DNA of 40,000 nucleotides, from positions 2,820,058-2,860,057 of the forward strand of contig NZ_CP073347.1 in NCBI RefSeq assembly GCF_024397915.1, read 5' to 3'. Shown here piece after piece: positions 26,295-35,220 of the stretch (position 1 is the first letter of the stretch; each line of letters starts with the position of its first letter). The stretch comes from Marinobacterium rhizophilum. GTDB taxonomy: Bacteria; Pseudomonadota; Gammaproteobacteria; Pseudomonadales; Balneatricaceae. A program made the translations under genes and the position numbers. The notes below the pieces were generated by a model. The model was not told the DNA's origin, did no database searches, and was given only the letters and a program-made list of their open reading frames with translations.

Positions 26295-27689
26295 CTAAAC
26301 CGTTTCGTTGACCGCCGTTGTCAGCTCCATGATGGCCTTCTTGCCATCGCCGAAGAGCATCAGGCAGTTGTCCCTGGCAAAGAGCGGGTTGGGCAGGCCC
26401 GCAAAGCCCGGGCTCAGGCTGCGCTTGACCACCACCACGGTACGCGCCTTGTCGACGTTCAGGATCGGCATGCCGTAGATCGGGCTGCCCTTGTCTTCCC
26501 GCGCCATGGGATTGGTGACATCGTTGGCGCCGATCACAATGGCCACGTCCGTCTGTTCGAACAGCGCATTGACCTCCTCCATCGGCTGCATCTTGTCGTA
26601 GGCGACCTCGGCTTCGGCCAGCAGCACGTTCATGTGGCCGGGCATGCGCCCCGCCACCGGATGCAGGCCATAGATCACCTCGATGCCGCGCCGCTCCAGC
26701 GAGTCGGCCAGGTCGCGCACCGCGTGCTGCGCCTGGGCCATGGCCAGGCCAAAGCCCGGCACGATCACCACGCGGCGGGCGCTCTCGAGCAGCATGCCCA
26801 CTTCCTCCGGCGAGGACGACTTCACCTTGCCGGCATAGACCTCATCGGCATCCATCACGGCCCCACCGGCCTCGGCAGCCGAACCAAAGAGTACCGCGGT
26901 GAGGGAACGGTTCATGGCCACGCACATGATGCGGGTGAGGATAATGCCCGACGCCCCCACCAGGGCACCGGACACCACCAGCACGCTGTTACCCATGATG
27001 AACCCCGCCGCCGCCGCCGCCAGCCCCGAGTAGGAATTCAGCAGGGCTATCACCACCGGCATGTCAGCACCACCAATGGGCATGACCAGGGTTACCCCCA
27101 GCACCAGGGCCAGCACTGTGAGCAATACCAGGGTGCTGCTGTCACCGCTGCCGCTGATAAGTGAGCCCGCCAGTGCCAGCACGGCGGCAAAGAGCGCCAG
27201 GTTCAGGCCGCCCATGCCCCGGAAACCCAGCGGCCGACCCGGCAGCAGTTCCTGCAGCTTGGCAAAGGCCACCGCACTGCCGCTGAGGGTAACCGCGCCA
27301 ATCAGCAGCGTCAGGCAGATGGCCACCAGTGCCACCAGCCCCTGGGGGCCTGCGGTCGCGGTCTGGCCCAGAAAACTGGCCGCCGCCACGCAGAGCGATG
27401 CACCGCCACCAAAGCCGTTGAGCAGCGCCACCATCTGCGGCATCGCCGTCATCTGGATGCGGATCGCCAGCACCGTGCCGACCAGCGACCCCAGCACCAC
27501 GCCACCGAGTATCCATTCATAGGACAGGATCGACCGATCCAGCAGGGTCACCACCACCGCCACCAGCATGCCGATAGCCGCCATCTGGTTGCCACGCACC
27601 GCGGTACGCGGCCGGGTCAGGCCCTTGATGCCACCGACGAACAGCATGGCCGCCAGCAGGTAAAAACCATCAACCAGCAACAGATTCAT
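26295..27689 (-). CDS. pntB: NAD(P) transhydrogenase subunit beta
   Basis: The protein is 464 aa, with a membrane domain followed by a dIII NADP(H) domain (VIIVPGFGLAMAQAQH...GANDVTNP...VVVKRS). It lies in pntAA-pntAB-pntB order. Confidence 0.95.
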   Translation of the reverse strand: MNLLLVDGFYLLAAMLFVGGIKGLTRPRTAVRGNQMAAIGMLVAVVVTLLDRSILSYEWILGGVVLGSLVGTVLAIRIQMTAMPQMVALLNGFGGGASLCVAAASFLGQTATAGPQGLVALVAICLTLLIGAVTLSGSAVAFAKLQELLPGRPLGFRGMGGLNLALFAAVLALAGSLISGSGDSSTLVLLTVLALVLGVTLVMPIGGADMPVVIALLNSYSGLAAAAAGFIMGNSVLVVSGALVGASGIILTRIMCVAMNRSLTAVLFGSAAEAGGAVMDADEVYAGKVKSSSPEEVGMLLESARRVVIVPGFGLAMAQAQHAVRDLADSLERRGIEVIYGLHPVAGRMPGHMNVLLAEAEVAYDKMQPMEEVNALFEQTDVAIVIGANDVTNPMAREDKGSPIYGMPILNVDKARTVVVVKRSLSPGFAGLPNPLFARDNCLMLFGDGKKAIMELTTAVNETV

Positions 27690-28011
27690 GACTCACACCT
27701 CCCCTGTTAGCAGCTGGGGCAGTATTCTGGCGGGGCCGGAACATGCGCAGCATTCTGTTGGTCACGAGGAAACCACCGACGACATTAATGGTTGCCAGGG
27801 TCACGGCGATCATCCCCAGCACGGGCACCCATAGACCGTTGCCATCGCCGGCGCCGGCGCTGAGCAAGGCCCCCACCAGGGTGATGCCGGAGATGGCATT
27901 GCTGCCGGACATCAGCGGCGTATGCAGGGTGGCCGGCACCTTGGTGATAAGCTCGACGCCCAGAAAGACCGCCAGCACGAAGAGTGAAATTTGCAGTATC
28001 AGAATTTCCAT
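27670..28011 (-). CDS. pntAB: NAD(P) transhydrogenase subunit alpha part 2 (membrane)
   Basis: The protein is 113 aa with three TM helices (LHTPLMSGSNAISGITLVGALL). Its start shares one nucleotide with the pntAA stop (TGATG). Confidence 0.9.
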   Translation of the reverse strand: MEILILQISLFVLAVFLGVELITKVPATLHTPLMSGSNAISGITLVGALLSAGAGDGNGLWVPVLGMIAVTLATINVVGGFLVTNRMLRMFRPRQNTAPAANRGGVSHESVAG

Positions 28012-29174
28012 CAGGCCACCTCCTTCAGCGCCCGCTCACCAAGCCCCAGGCGTTCACGCACGCGAGGGGCGCAGATCTCGCCCTGGTGACTCACCAGGGT
28101 GTCGGCAACAATTTCATCGTCAAAATCCAGCTGCAGGCGGGCATCCGCGTTCAGCAGGTGCAGCAACAGGTTCTCGATATTGCGGCCGTGCATCTGGCTG
28201 GCATGCATGGGTACAGTAGCGGCCAGGTTCAACGGCCCCATGATGGTGACGCCCTCGACCTGACGGGTTTCCCCGGCCCGGGTGAGTTCACAGTTGCCAC
28301 CGCGCTCCGCCGCCAGATCCACAATTACGGCACCGGGCTTCATCGCCGCCACCATCCCCGCACTGATCAGCACCGGCGCCTGGCTGCCGGGAATCGCCGC
28401 CGTGGTAATGACAATATCCTGCTGTGCCAGCACGGCGGTCATCTGTTCGCGCTGACGGGTCAGAAAATCCGCGTCCTGTGCGGCGGCATAGCCGCCCTGG
28501 CCTTCAGCTGCGGCCGTGGGCAGGTCCAGCTCGATGGGTCGCGCACCGACGGAAATAATCTGCTCACGGGCAGCCGCGCGCACATCATAGGCTTCCACCA
28601 CGGCCCCCAGGCGCCTGGCGGTGGCCGCCGCCTGCAAGCCGGCAACACCGGCGCCCATGACAAAGACCCGGGCCGGATTCAGGGTACCGGCTGCAGTCAT
28701 CATCATCGGGAAAATGCGCGGCGCCGCCTCGGCGGCCAGCAGCACCGCCTTGTAACCTGCGATGGTGGCGATGGACGACAGCACATCCATGCTCTGGGCC
28801 CGGCTGATGCGCGGCACCAGCTCCAGCGCCAGCAGCGACAGTCCGCGCTCGGCCAGCGCCTTAAAGCGCGCGCTATCGCTCAACGGGTCCATCAGGGCGA
28901 TGCACAGCTGACCGGCACAGAATCCGTCCAGATCCTCGTTGCGGCTGGCATTGACGCACAACAGTACCTCGCTGCCCGCCAGGGCCTCACTGCGCGTCAT
29001 CACGATGTCGGCGCCGGACTCGATATAGAGCTCATCGGCGAAGCCGGCCTGTTCACCGGCCCCGGCCTCCACCCGAATATCACAGCCACGGGCACAGAGC
29101 GCCGCGACATTGGCCGGTGTCAGCGCTACGCGCCGCTCACCGGGATACAGATCCTTGAGTACAGATAATTTCAT
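28011..29174 (-). CDS. pntAA: NAD(P) transhydrogenase subunit alpha part 1 (dI, NAD(H)-binding)
   Basis: The protein is 387 aa and alanine-dehydrogenase-like, with ERRVALTP and the dinucleotide fold VFVMGAGVAGLQAAATARRLGA. Confidence 0.93.
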   Translation of the reverse strand: MKLSVLKDLYPGERRVALTPANVAALCARGCDIRVEAGAGEQAGFADELYIESGADIVMTRSEALAGSEVLLCVNASRNEDLDGFCAGQLCIALMDPLSDSARFKALAERGLSLLALELVPRISRAQSMDVLSSIATIAGYKAVLLAAEAAPRIFPMMMTAAGTLNPARVFVMGAGVAGLQAAATARRLGAVVEAYDVRAAAREQIISVGARPIELDLPTAAAEGQGGYAAAQDADFLTRQREQMTAVLAQQDIVITTAAIPGSQAPVLISAGMVAAMKPGAVIVDLAAERGGNCELTRAGETRQVEGVTIMGPLNLAATVPMHASQMHGRNIENLLLHLLNADARLQLDFDDEIVADTLVSHQGEICAPRVRERLGLGERALKEVA

Positions 29175-29448
29175 TATTTTTCTCCTGTACGATTGAATAA
29201 ATATTTAAACAGCGAACGCGGTTTAATTTAACATCAGGATTTTAAACTCATTAATATTCAGACCAGCGCTTGCATAAAGTTGCGCAACAACTTACCCATA
29301 CTGCATTTGAATATTTTCAAATAAACATCAACCAGCATTAACCCCCGACAGCCACACCAGGCCTTAAATACAACTAGAATATGACTGTATTTTTATTTTC
29401 GACTCAAAACAGAAGATTTTATCTTTGCAAGGAACCTTTTTTATTCGC

Positions 29449-29503
29449 TTTTACCTTTCACCTTTCACCTTTACCCTTGCCCCTTGCCCCTTGCCCCTTT
29501 TAC
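29449..29503. repeat. 7-nt-periodic microsatellite; the minus strand reads (AAGGGGC)x3-AAGGGTA-(AAGGTGA)x2
   Basis: The plus strand reads TTTTACCTTTCACCTTTCACCTTTACCCTTGCCCCTTGCCCCTTGCCCCTTTTACC. C-runs at 29474-76, 29480-83, 29487-90 and 29494-97 give a G3+N3 x4 motif on the minus strand. Confidence 0.85.
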
Positions 29504-29538
29504 CAATAACTAGTTACTAGTCACCAATCACTTCTTTC

Positions 29539-29567
29539 AAAAACAACCCGGCACTCCATGCCGGGTT
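29539..29567 (-). terminator. Rho-independent terminator of the F420 / M20 hydrolase operon
   Basis: On the minus strand there is a 9-bp stem, AACCCGGCA / TGCCGGGTT, with a 5-nt loop, followed by GTTTTTG. It lies 17 nt after the stop at 29584. Confidence 0.8.
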
Positions 29568-29583
29568 ATCCGCAGCCATTGCT

Positions 29584-30816
29584 TCAGTCGTTGGCGCGCT
29601 CCAGCACCGCCTGCAGCAGTACGTTGCAGCCGGCAGCCAGATCTTCCGCCTTGGCGTTTTCCGCTTCGTTGTGGCTGATGCCGTTCTCGCAGGGCACAAA
29701 GACCATGGAGGTCGGTGCCACCCGGGAGATATAGCAGGCATCGTGACCGGCGCCGCTGACGATATCGCGGTGGCTGTAGCCGAAGCTTTCAGCGGCCTGG
29801 CGCACGGAGTTCACGCAGGCGGTGTCGAAGGGCACCGGTGGCGAATACCAGATCTGCTCGAACTTCATTTCGAGCCCCAGCTCGCCGGACACCCGGTCAG
29901 CCAGCTCGCGCAGCGCCTGATCCATGCCCGACAGCACGTCGGCGTCGGGGTGACGGAAGTCCACGGTAAAGAACACCTGGCCCGGAATGACGTTGCGCGA
30001 ATTCGGGAAGACCTGCACCAGGCCCACGGTCGCGCAGGCGTTGGGCTGGTTGTCCATGCCGATGCGATTGACGGCGTCGATCAGGCGCGCAGCCCCCACC
30101 AGGGCGTCGCGACGCCGTGTCATGGGGGTGGGGCCGGCGTGGGATTCCTGTCCGGTGAGGGTGATTTCGTACCAGCGCTGTCCCTGGGCATCGGTCACCA
30201 CGCCAATCTGCTTGTCCTCGTCCTCCAGGATCGGCCCCTGCTCGATATGGGCTTCGAAGAAGGCCTTGAAAGGTCGCCCGCCGACATCGTCAGGGCCTGC
30301 ATAACCGATGCGTGCCAGTTCCTCGCCCATGGTCTTGCCATCCAGGTCCGCCCGGCTGAGGCCGTACTCCAGATCGAACACACCGGCAAAGACCCCGGAG
30401 GCCACCATGGCTGGCGGAAAGCGCGAGCCTTCCTCGTTGGTCCAGACCGAGGCCTCGATGGGGGCACGGGTTTCGATACCCTGGTCATTCAGGCTGCGAA
30501 TCACCTCAAGGCCCGACAGCACGCCATAGATGCCGTCGAATTTGCCGCCGGTGGGTTGGGTATCCAGGTGGCTGCCCATGACCACCGGCGGCAGGGAATC
30601 GTCTGTGCCTGCACGGCGGGCAAAGATGTTGCCCATCTTGTCGATGCGAATGCTGCAGCCGGCCTCTTTGCACCAGCGGACAAAGAGGTCACGGCCCTGC
30701 TTGTCCAGGTCGGTCAGCGCCAGGCGGCAGACGCCGCCCTTTTCGGTGCCGCCGATCTCGCCCATCTGCATCAGGCTGTCCCACAGGCGTTGCTGGTTAA
30801 CGGTTATTTTCTGCAT
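29584..30816 (-). CDS. M20-family Zn amidohydrolase (N-carbamoyl-amino acid / beta-ureidopropionate / allantoate amidohydrolase type)
   Basis: It resembles the AmaB/HyuC/AllC family: GGVCRLALTDLDKQGRD, GSHLDTQPTGGKFDGIYGV, WTNEEGSRF, GAGHDA. The start is taken at ATG 30816 (MQKITVNQQRLW). Confidence 0.85.
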   Translation of the reverse strand: MQKITVNQQRLWDSLMQMGEIGGTEKGGVCRLALTDLDKQGRDLFVRWCKEAGCSIRIDKMGNIFARRAGTDDSLPPVVMGSHLDTQPTGGKFDGIYGVLSGLEVIRSLNDQGIETRAPIEASVWTNEEGSRFPPAMVASGVFAGVFDLEYGLSRADLDGKTMGEELARIGYAGPDDVGGRPFKAFFEAHIEQGPILEDEDKQIGVVTDAQGQRWYEITLTGQESHAGPTPMTRRRDALVGAARLIDAVNRIGMDNQPNACATVGLVQVFPNSRNVIPGQVFFTVDFRHPDADVLSGMDQALRELADRVSGELGLEMKFEQIWYSPPVPFDTACVNSVRQAAESFGYSHRDIVSGAGHDACYISRVAPTSMVFVPCENGISHNEAENAKAEDLAAGCNVLLQAVLERAND

Positions 30817-30926
30817 GTTTAAACTCTCTCTGATCTGAATGCCGGCACCTGAAACTGTGGCAGGTGCGGTGAAAGAAAAGGGGGCCATTTAGCCCCCTGC
30901 GGCTATCTTCCCTTTGCGGCGCTTCG

Positions 30927-31931
30927 TCAGTTCTTGAAGCGCGGAATAATATGCTCGCCGTACTGGGCGATAATATTTTCCTCGTCGCCGTTATCCAGAT
31001 AGATATTGAACTGGGTGGTACCGGCTTCTTTCAGGTGTTTTAGTTTGGCGATATGCTGCTCGGCTTCGCCCAGTACACAGAAGCTCTCGACAATTTCCGG
31101 TGTAATGAAGTCCAGGTAGGGGTTATCGCTCTGGCCATGTTTGGAGTAATCGTAGCCTTTGCGCTTCTCGATATAGTCGGTCAGGCTTTTGGGCACCAGG
31201 CCACTGTCGGTACCGTATTTTTCGACGATATCGGCCACATGGTTGCCCACCATGGCCGGGAACCACTTGGTGGACTCGACGCAGCTGGCCCTGTCGCCGA
31301 AATAGGCCGGCGCTGCCGCGATGACCTTGAAGTTCGACATGTCACGACCGGCCTCGACCCCGGCGGCGATGGCCTGGTCGGCCAGCCACTTGATCAGCGA
31401 GGGTTCGCCGATCTGCAGGATCACGCCATCCCCCACTTCGCCCGCGGTCTTCAGCGCCATCGGGCCGTAGGCCCCGATATGCACCGGCAGCTCGTAACCC
31501 TCGGCCCAGGGAAACTGCACCGGTTCCGGGCATTCCCCATACATCACTTCCTCGCCACGGACCATGGCTTTCACCTTGGTGGTGAACTCGGCCACGCGGG
31601 CCAGGGTGGCGGGCTTCTTGCCCATCACCCGCACCGAGCTGTCGCCGCGCCCCAGGCCCACTTCAAAGCGGCCACCGCTCTGCTTGGCCAGGCTGCCGAA
31701 CAGGCTGGCCGCCAGTGACCAGTCCCTGGCATTGGGGTTGGTGACGCAGGGCGCGAACTTGATGCGCGAGGTGTGCTCCATGCACATGGCGATGGCCGGA
31801 TAGCACTCGCGCCACAGGATATGGGAGTCGTAAAACCAGCAGTAATCGAAGCCGGCCTCTTCGGCCTGTTTTACCAGGCTGCGGGCACGGTCGTGGCTGA
31901 CAAAACCTTTAAAGCAGATACCAAATTCCAT
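30927..31931 (-). CDS. Luciferase-like (LLM-class) oxidoreductase, probably F420-dependent
   Basis: It has the LLM fold N-terminus MEFGICF...AEEAGFDYCWFYDSH. It sits directly between fno and the M20 hydrolase in the F420 operon. The start ATG 31931 lies 6 nt after AGGAGA. Confidence 0.75.
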   Translation of the reverse strand: MEFGICFKGFVSHDRARSLVKQAEEAGFDYCWFYDSHILWRECYPAIAMCMEHTSRIKFAPCVTNPNARDWSLAASLFGSLAKQSGGRFEVGLGRGDSSVRVMGKKPATLARVAEFTTKVKAMVRGEEVMYGECPEPVQFPWAEGYELPVHIGAYGPMALKTAGEVGDGVILQIGEPSLIKWLADQAIAAGVEAGRDMSNFKVIAAAPAYFGDRASCVESTKWFPAMVGNHVADIVEKYGTDSGLVPKSLTDYIEKRKGYDYSKHGQSDNPYLDFITPEIVESFCVLGEAEQHIAKLKHLKEAGTTQFNIYLDNGDEENIIAQYGEHIIPRFKN

Positions 31932-31971
31932 AGTCACTCTCCTGGGTCTTTGTTTTTATCGAGGATGAAAA

Positions 31972-32643
31972 TTAATGCGCATCCGGCGGGCAAATACGGA
32001 TACCGGCGTGGCTAAAGGGCACTTTCTTGGAAATATTCAGGCGGATCAGAATGGGGGTAATGGCCTCGATGCAGCGGGCGCTTTCGGCCGGGCCACAGTT
32101 GTAGGCGGCGACATCCAGCTTGCGGATCAGCTCGATAACCTTCTCCTTGGCCGCCAGGTCGTTGCCGCACACCAGCACATCACAGTTGATGCCGTGATCC
32201 AGGTCGTTCAGTACCGTGGCCGAGACGTTGTGCAGTGCACCCACCACCGGAATGCCCTCGCCCAGCAGCGCCTGGGCCGCTTCGGTGGCAGAACCGGCCG
32301 CCGGCATGTCCACCCGCTTGGGGTCGCCCTGGGCCAGGGGTACGGCGATATCGACCAGCACCTTGTCCACCAGCAGATCCCTGATGGACTCGAGGGTGGC
32401 GTCATGGGCACTGTAGGGCACCGCCAGGATGACCAGCTCGTCGGCGGCAATCACGGCGCTGCGGATATCATGACCACTGATCGCGGCGGCACCCGGCTTC
32501 AGCAAGGCGCCTAGCTGTGCGGCCGCCTCTGCCGCCCGGGCCGCTTCGCGCGAGCCTATCGCGACCTCGATGCCGGCGCGGGCAAAGCGCAGCGCCAGAC
32601 CCCGCCCCTGCGGGCCTGTACCACCCAGTATGGATATTTTCAT
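31972..32643 (-). CDS. npdG: NADPH-dependent F420 reductase
   Basis: The protein is 223 aa with the N-terminus [32 protein letters not shown], typical of Fno/NpdG. The F420 operon context supports the call. Confidence 0.82.
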   Translation of the reverse strand: MKISILGGTGPQGRGLALRFARAGIEVAIGSREAARAAEAAAQLGALLKPGAAAISGHDIRSAVIAADELVILAVPYSAHDATLESIRDLLVDKVLVDIAVPLAQGDPKRVDMPAAGSATEAAQALLGEGIPVVGALHNVSATVLNDLDHGINCDVLVCGNDLAAKEKVIELIRKLDVAAYNCGPAESARCIEAITPILIRLNISKKVPFSHAGIRICPPDAH

Positions 32644-32750
32644 CGACTCAGATCCTCTTGTTCTTGTTGTTTCAAATGACTGTCGGTTGCGCTTTTGTCG
32701 TTTCAGGAAGCCGTTGCTGCGGCCCGTCCAGGCCTCAGGCCCGGCGGGGT

Positions 32751-33611
32751 TTAGCGGAACAGGTCCTCCTGCGGCGGGCGCACCAGGTCGCGCGCCGAGC
32801 TGTTGTCCGGCGCCCAGTCGATGCCGCGGAACAGGATCGCCGGGGTCTTGCCGTCCTTGCTCATCAGCAGGCCCGAGGCCGCCGCGAGCTCATCGGCCAG
32901 CGCCGGCACCGTGACCGAAAGTTCACGCCCAAAGGCATCGCGCTCGCCCACCAGGTCGATCTGGCTCGGCACCCTGGCCAGCCCCACCGCCACATTCACC
33001 AGCCCCATGCGCCAGGGACGGCCGAAGGTATCGGTAATCACGACCCCCAGACGCACGCCACTGGCGCGCTCCAGTACGGCGCAGATTTCCCGCGCGCTGC
33101 GGTCCGGGTCTTCGGGCAGCAGGATCACGGTTTCCTCGGCACCGACATTGGATTCATCCACCGCGGCATTGGCGCAGATAAAGCCCAGCCGGTGCTCGGC
33201 AATCAGGGTGCCCTCGAGCTGGCCGGGGCGCTTGAGGGCCCGCACCACGCGGCTGGACTCTCCCAGTATCACTTCCACCTTGCGCGGGTCCTTGTTCAGC
33301 TCCAGCCCAAGTTCGCGCGCCCTGGCGCCGGGCTGCACATCCGCCAGCCGTGTAATCCGGCCTTCGGCCTTGGAGACCACCTTGTGGGCGATGACCAGGA
33401 TGTCACCGTCCTGCAGTACCAGGGCCGCCCGTTCGATGGACTCCAGCAGCAGCGCGGCCAGGTCATCCCCCGGCGCGATATCCGGGATACCCGGCAACAC
33501 CTGCATGGAGATGGATTCGGTACGGGCCCCGTCGGCCTGCCGGACAGTACTGCCGCCGAAGTCGCCAAACAGCGAAGACGGCTCCGGGGTGTGATGGCTT
33601 ACAAATTCCAT
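32751..33611 (-). CDS. cofE: Coenzyme F420-0:L-glutamate ligase (single-domain CofE)
   Basis: The CofE core is PGDDLAALL...[18 protein letters not shown]...DESN...[12 protein letters not shown] 33611 overlaps the cofC stop by 13 nt. An alternative start at ATG 33506 ([10 protein letters not shown]) would remove a 35-aa N-terminal extension. Confidence 0.85.
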   Translation of the reverse strand: MEFVSHHTPEPSSLFGDFGGSTVRQADGARTESISMQVLPGIPDIAPGDDLAALLLESIERAALVLQDGDILVIAHKVVSKAEGRITRLADVQPGARARELGLELNKDPRKVEVILGESSRVVRALKRPGQLEGTLIAEHRLGFICANAAVDESNVGAEETVILLPEDPDRSAREICAVLERASGVRLGVVITDTFGRPWRMGLVNVAVGLARVPSQIDLVGERDAFGRELSVTVPALADELAAASGLLMSKDGKTPAILFRGIDWAPDNSSARDLVRPPQEDLFR

Positions 33612-34240
33612 AGGGTCACCAGTTCTCGCGACAAATCGCCGCTGGGTTGATGCATCAGGTTGTGAAGGTCATCCGGGGTATCCAGATCGAACCGCATGTG
33701 CTCGAAGTGCAGCAGCTGGCACGGCAGCGAACGCCGCCGCGCCGACGCCTGGTGCGCTTCGCTGGAGCGCTCACCAAAACTGAACGGCAGCACATCCGGC
33801 GGCGTGGTCAGCAACGCATTGGTACCGGCATCGCTGGCCGGGCAGATCAGCACCGACGGGACGGCTCTGGGCTGGCCAAGCAGGCAGCCAAACTCGGCCG
33901 CATCGAGGCGGGCAATGTCCGCCGGCACCAGCAGCTGGGAATCAAAGCCGTGCCTTTTGCTCCAGTGAGCCGCCAGGGCCGCGGCCCCCGACAACCCGGC
34001 CGGGCGCAGCTCGCGCAGCACCGAGGCACCGTAGCCGCGGGCCAGCTCGCCAATGGCGGCAGACGCCGTGACCACCAGCAGCGGGTAGTCGGGAAAGTGG
34101 CACTGGAAAAAGCGCAGGGTGCGTTCGCACAGGCGCCGGGCCAGCTGGCTGCGGTCGCTGTCATCCAGCACCGGGCGCAGTCGGCTCTTGGCCGCACTGA
34201 AATCCTTCACCGGAATCACGATCAGGGTTTTCAGGGTCAT
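33599..34240 (-). CDS. cofC: 2-phospho-L-lactate (or PEP/3-PG) guanylyltransferase
   Basis: The N-terminus LIVIPVKDFSAAKSRLRPVL is characteristic of CofC/FbiD. The start ATG 34240 forms an ATGA overlap with the cofD stop. Confidence 0.85.
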   Translation of the reverse strand: MTLKTLIVIPVKDFSAAKSRLRPVLDDSDRSQLARRLCERTLRFFQCHFPDYPLLVVTASAAIGELARGYGASVLRELRPAGLSGAAALAAHWSKRHGFDSQLLVPADIARLDAAEFGCLLGQPRAVPSVLICPASDAGTNALLTTPPDVLPFSFGERSSEAHQASARRRSLPCQLLHFEHMRFDLDTPDDLHNLMHQPSGDLSRELVTLWNL

Positions 34241-35220
34241 GCCGGCACCCTCCACAGCGGAGCCCTGGCAGGCGCCACCGGCTCCAGGCCCGCCAGGGCC
34301 AGCAGCTCCCGTGCCAGGCAGGCCTTGTCGGCATCACTGCACATCAGGGTCTGGGTCACGGCGGTATTCAGGCCCCGCGCTTGCAGGGCCGTCACATCGG
34401 CGCTGTCGCCGGTATCGATCACCAGGCTGTCGATCAGGCCCCGGTAGCAGTCGGCCACACCCAGGTTGCTGGCGCTGTAGCCTGCGGCCTTGAGCATGCT
34501 ATTGGCCGGCCCCTTCACGGTCTGGCCAGCAATCAGCGGCGAAACGGCGATGCGGGTTGCACAGGTCTTTTCCAGGGCCGCGCGAATGCCGGGCAGCGCC
34601 AGTATCGGCCCGATGCTCACCAGCGGGTTGCTGGGACCGAGGATCACCAGGTCCGCATCGCGGATGGCGGCCAGCGCTTCCTCGGTCGGGCGCGCGTCTT
34701 CCAGCCCCTGAATCCGCAGTTCCAGCACCTGTGGCCGGCACTGCTCGCGTACAAAGTACTCCTGAAACGACAGCCAGCCGCGGGCGGTCTTGACCTCGGT
34801 CTGCATGCGGTCATCGCTGGGCAGCAGGATATTGGTGCTGACCCCCAGCGCCCGGGCGATCGTCTGGGCAATGGCGCTGGGGCGCACGCCCTGGCGACGC
34901 AGCTCGGTGCGGTAGATATGGGTAGCGAAATCCTGATCGCCCAGGTACATCCAGTCGTCGGCCCCCAGCCGGGCCAGCCCTTGCAGCGTGCGGCTGGTTT
35001 CGTTCGCCAGCCCCCAGCCCTTGTTGCGATCGATCAGGCCGGCCAGGCTGTAGGTCAGGGTATCGATATCCGGGGACACCCAGAGACCATGAAACTCCTG
35101 GTCGTCCGCCACGTTGCCGATGACCGACAGCTGTCCTGGCTCCAGCACGGCGGCAAGACCCACCGCCAGCTTGGCACCGCCACCGCCGCCGGCCAGCAGG
35201 GTCACTTTCGGCGCACTCAT
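34237..35220 (-). CDS. cofD: 2-phospho-L-lactate transferase
   Basis: The protein is 327 aa with VTLLAGGGGGAKLA...GNVADDQEFHGLWVSPDIDTLTYSLAG, typical of CofD/FbiA. There is an ATGA overlap with the cofH stop. Confidence 0.9.
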   Translation of the reverse strand: MSAPKVTLLAGGGGGAKLAVGLAAVLEPGQLSVIGNVADDQEFHGLWVSPDIDTLTYSLAGLIDRNKGWGLANETSRTLQGLARLGADDWMYLGDQDFATHIYRTELRRQGVRPSAIAQTIARALGVSTNILLPSDDRMQTEVKTARGWLSFQEYFVREQCRPQVLELRIQGLEDARPTEEALAAIRDADLVILGPSNPLVSIGPILALPGIRAALEKTCATRIAVSPLIAGQTVKGPANSMLKAAGYSASNLGVADCYRGLIDSLVIDTGDSADVTALQARGLNTAVTQTLMCSDADKACLARELLALAGLEPVAPARAPLWRVPA

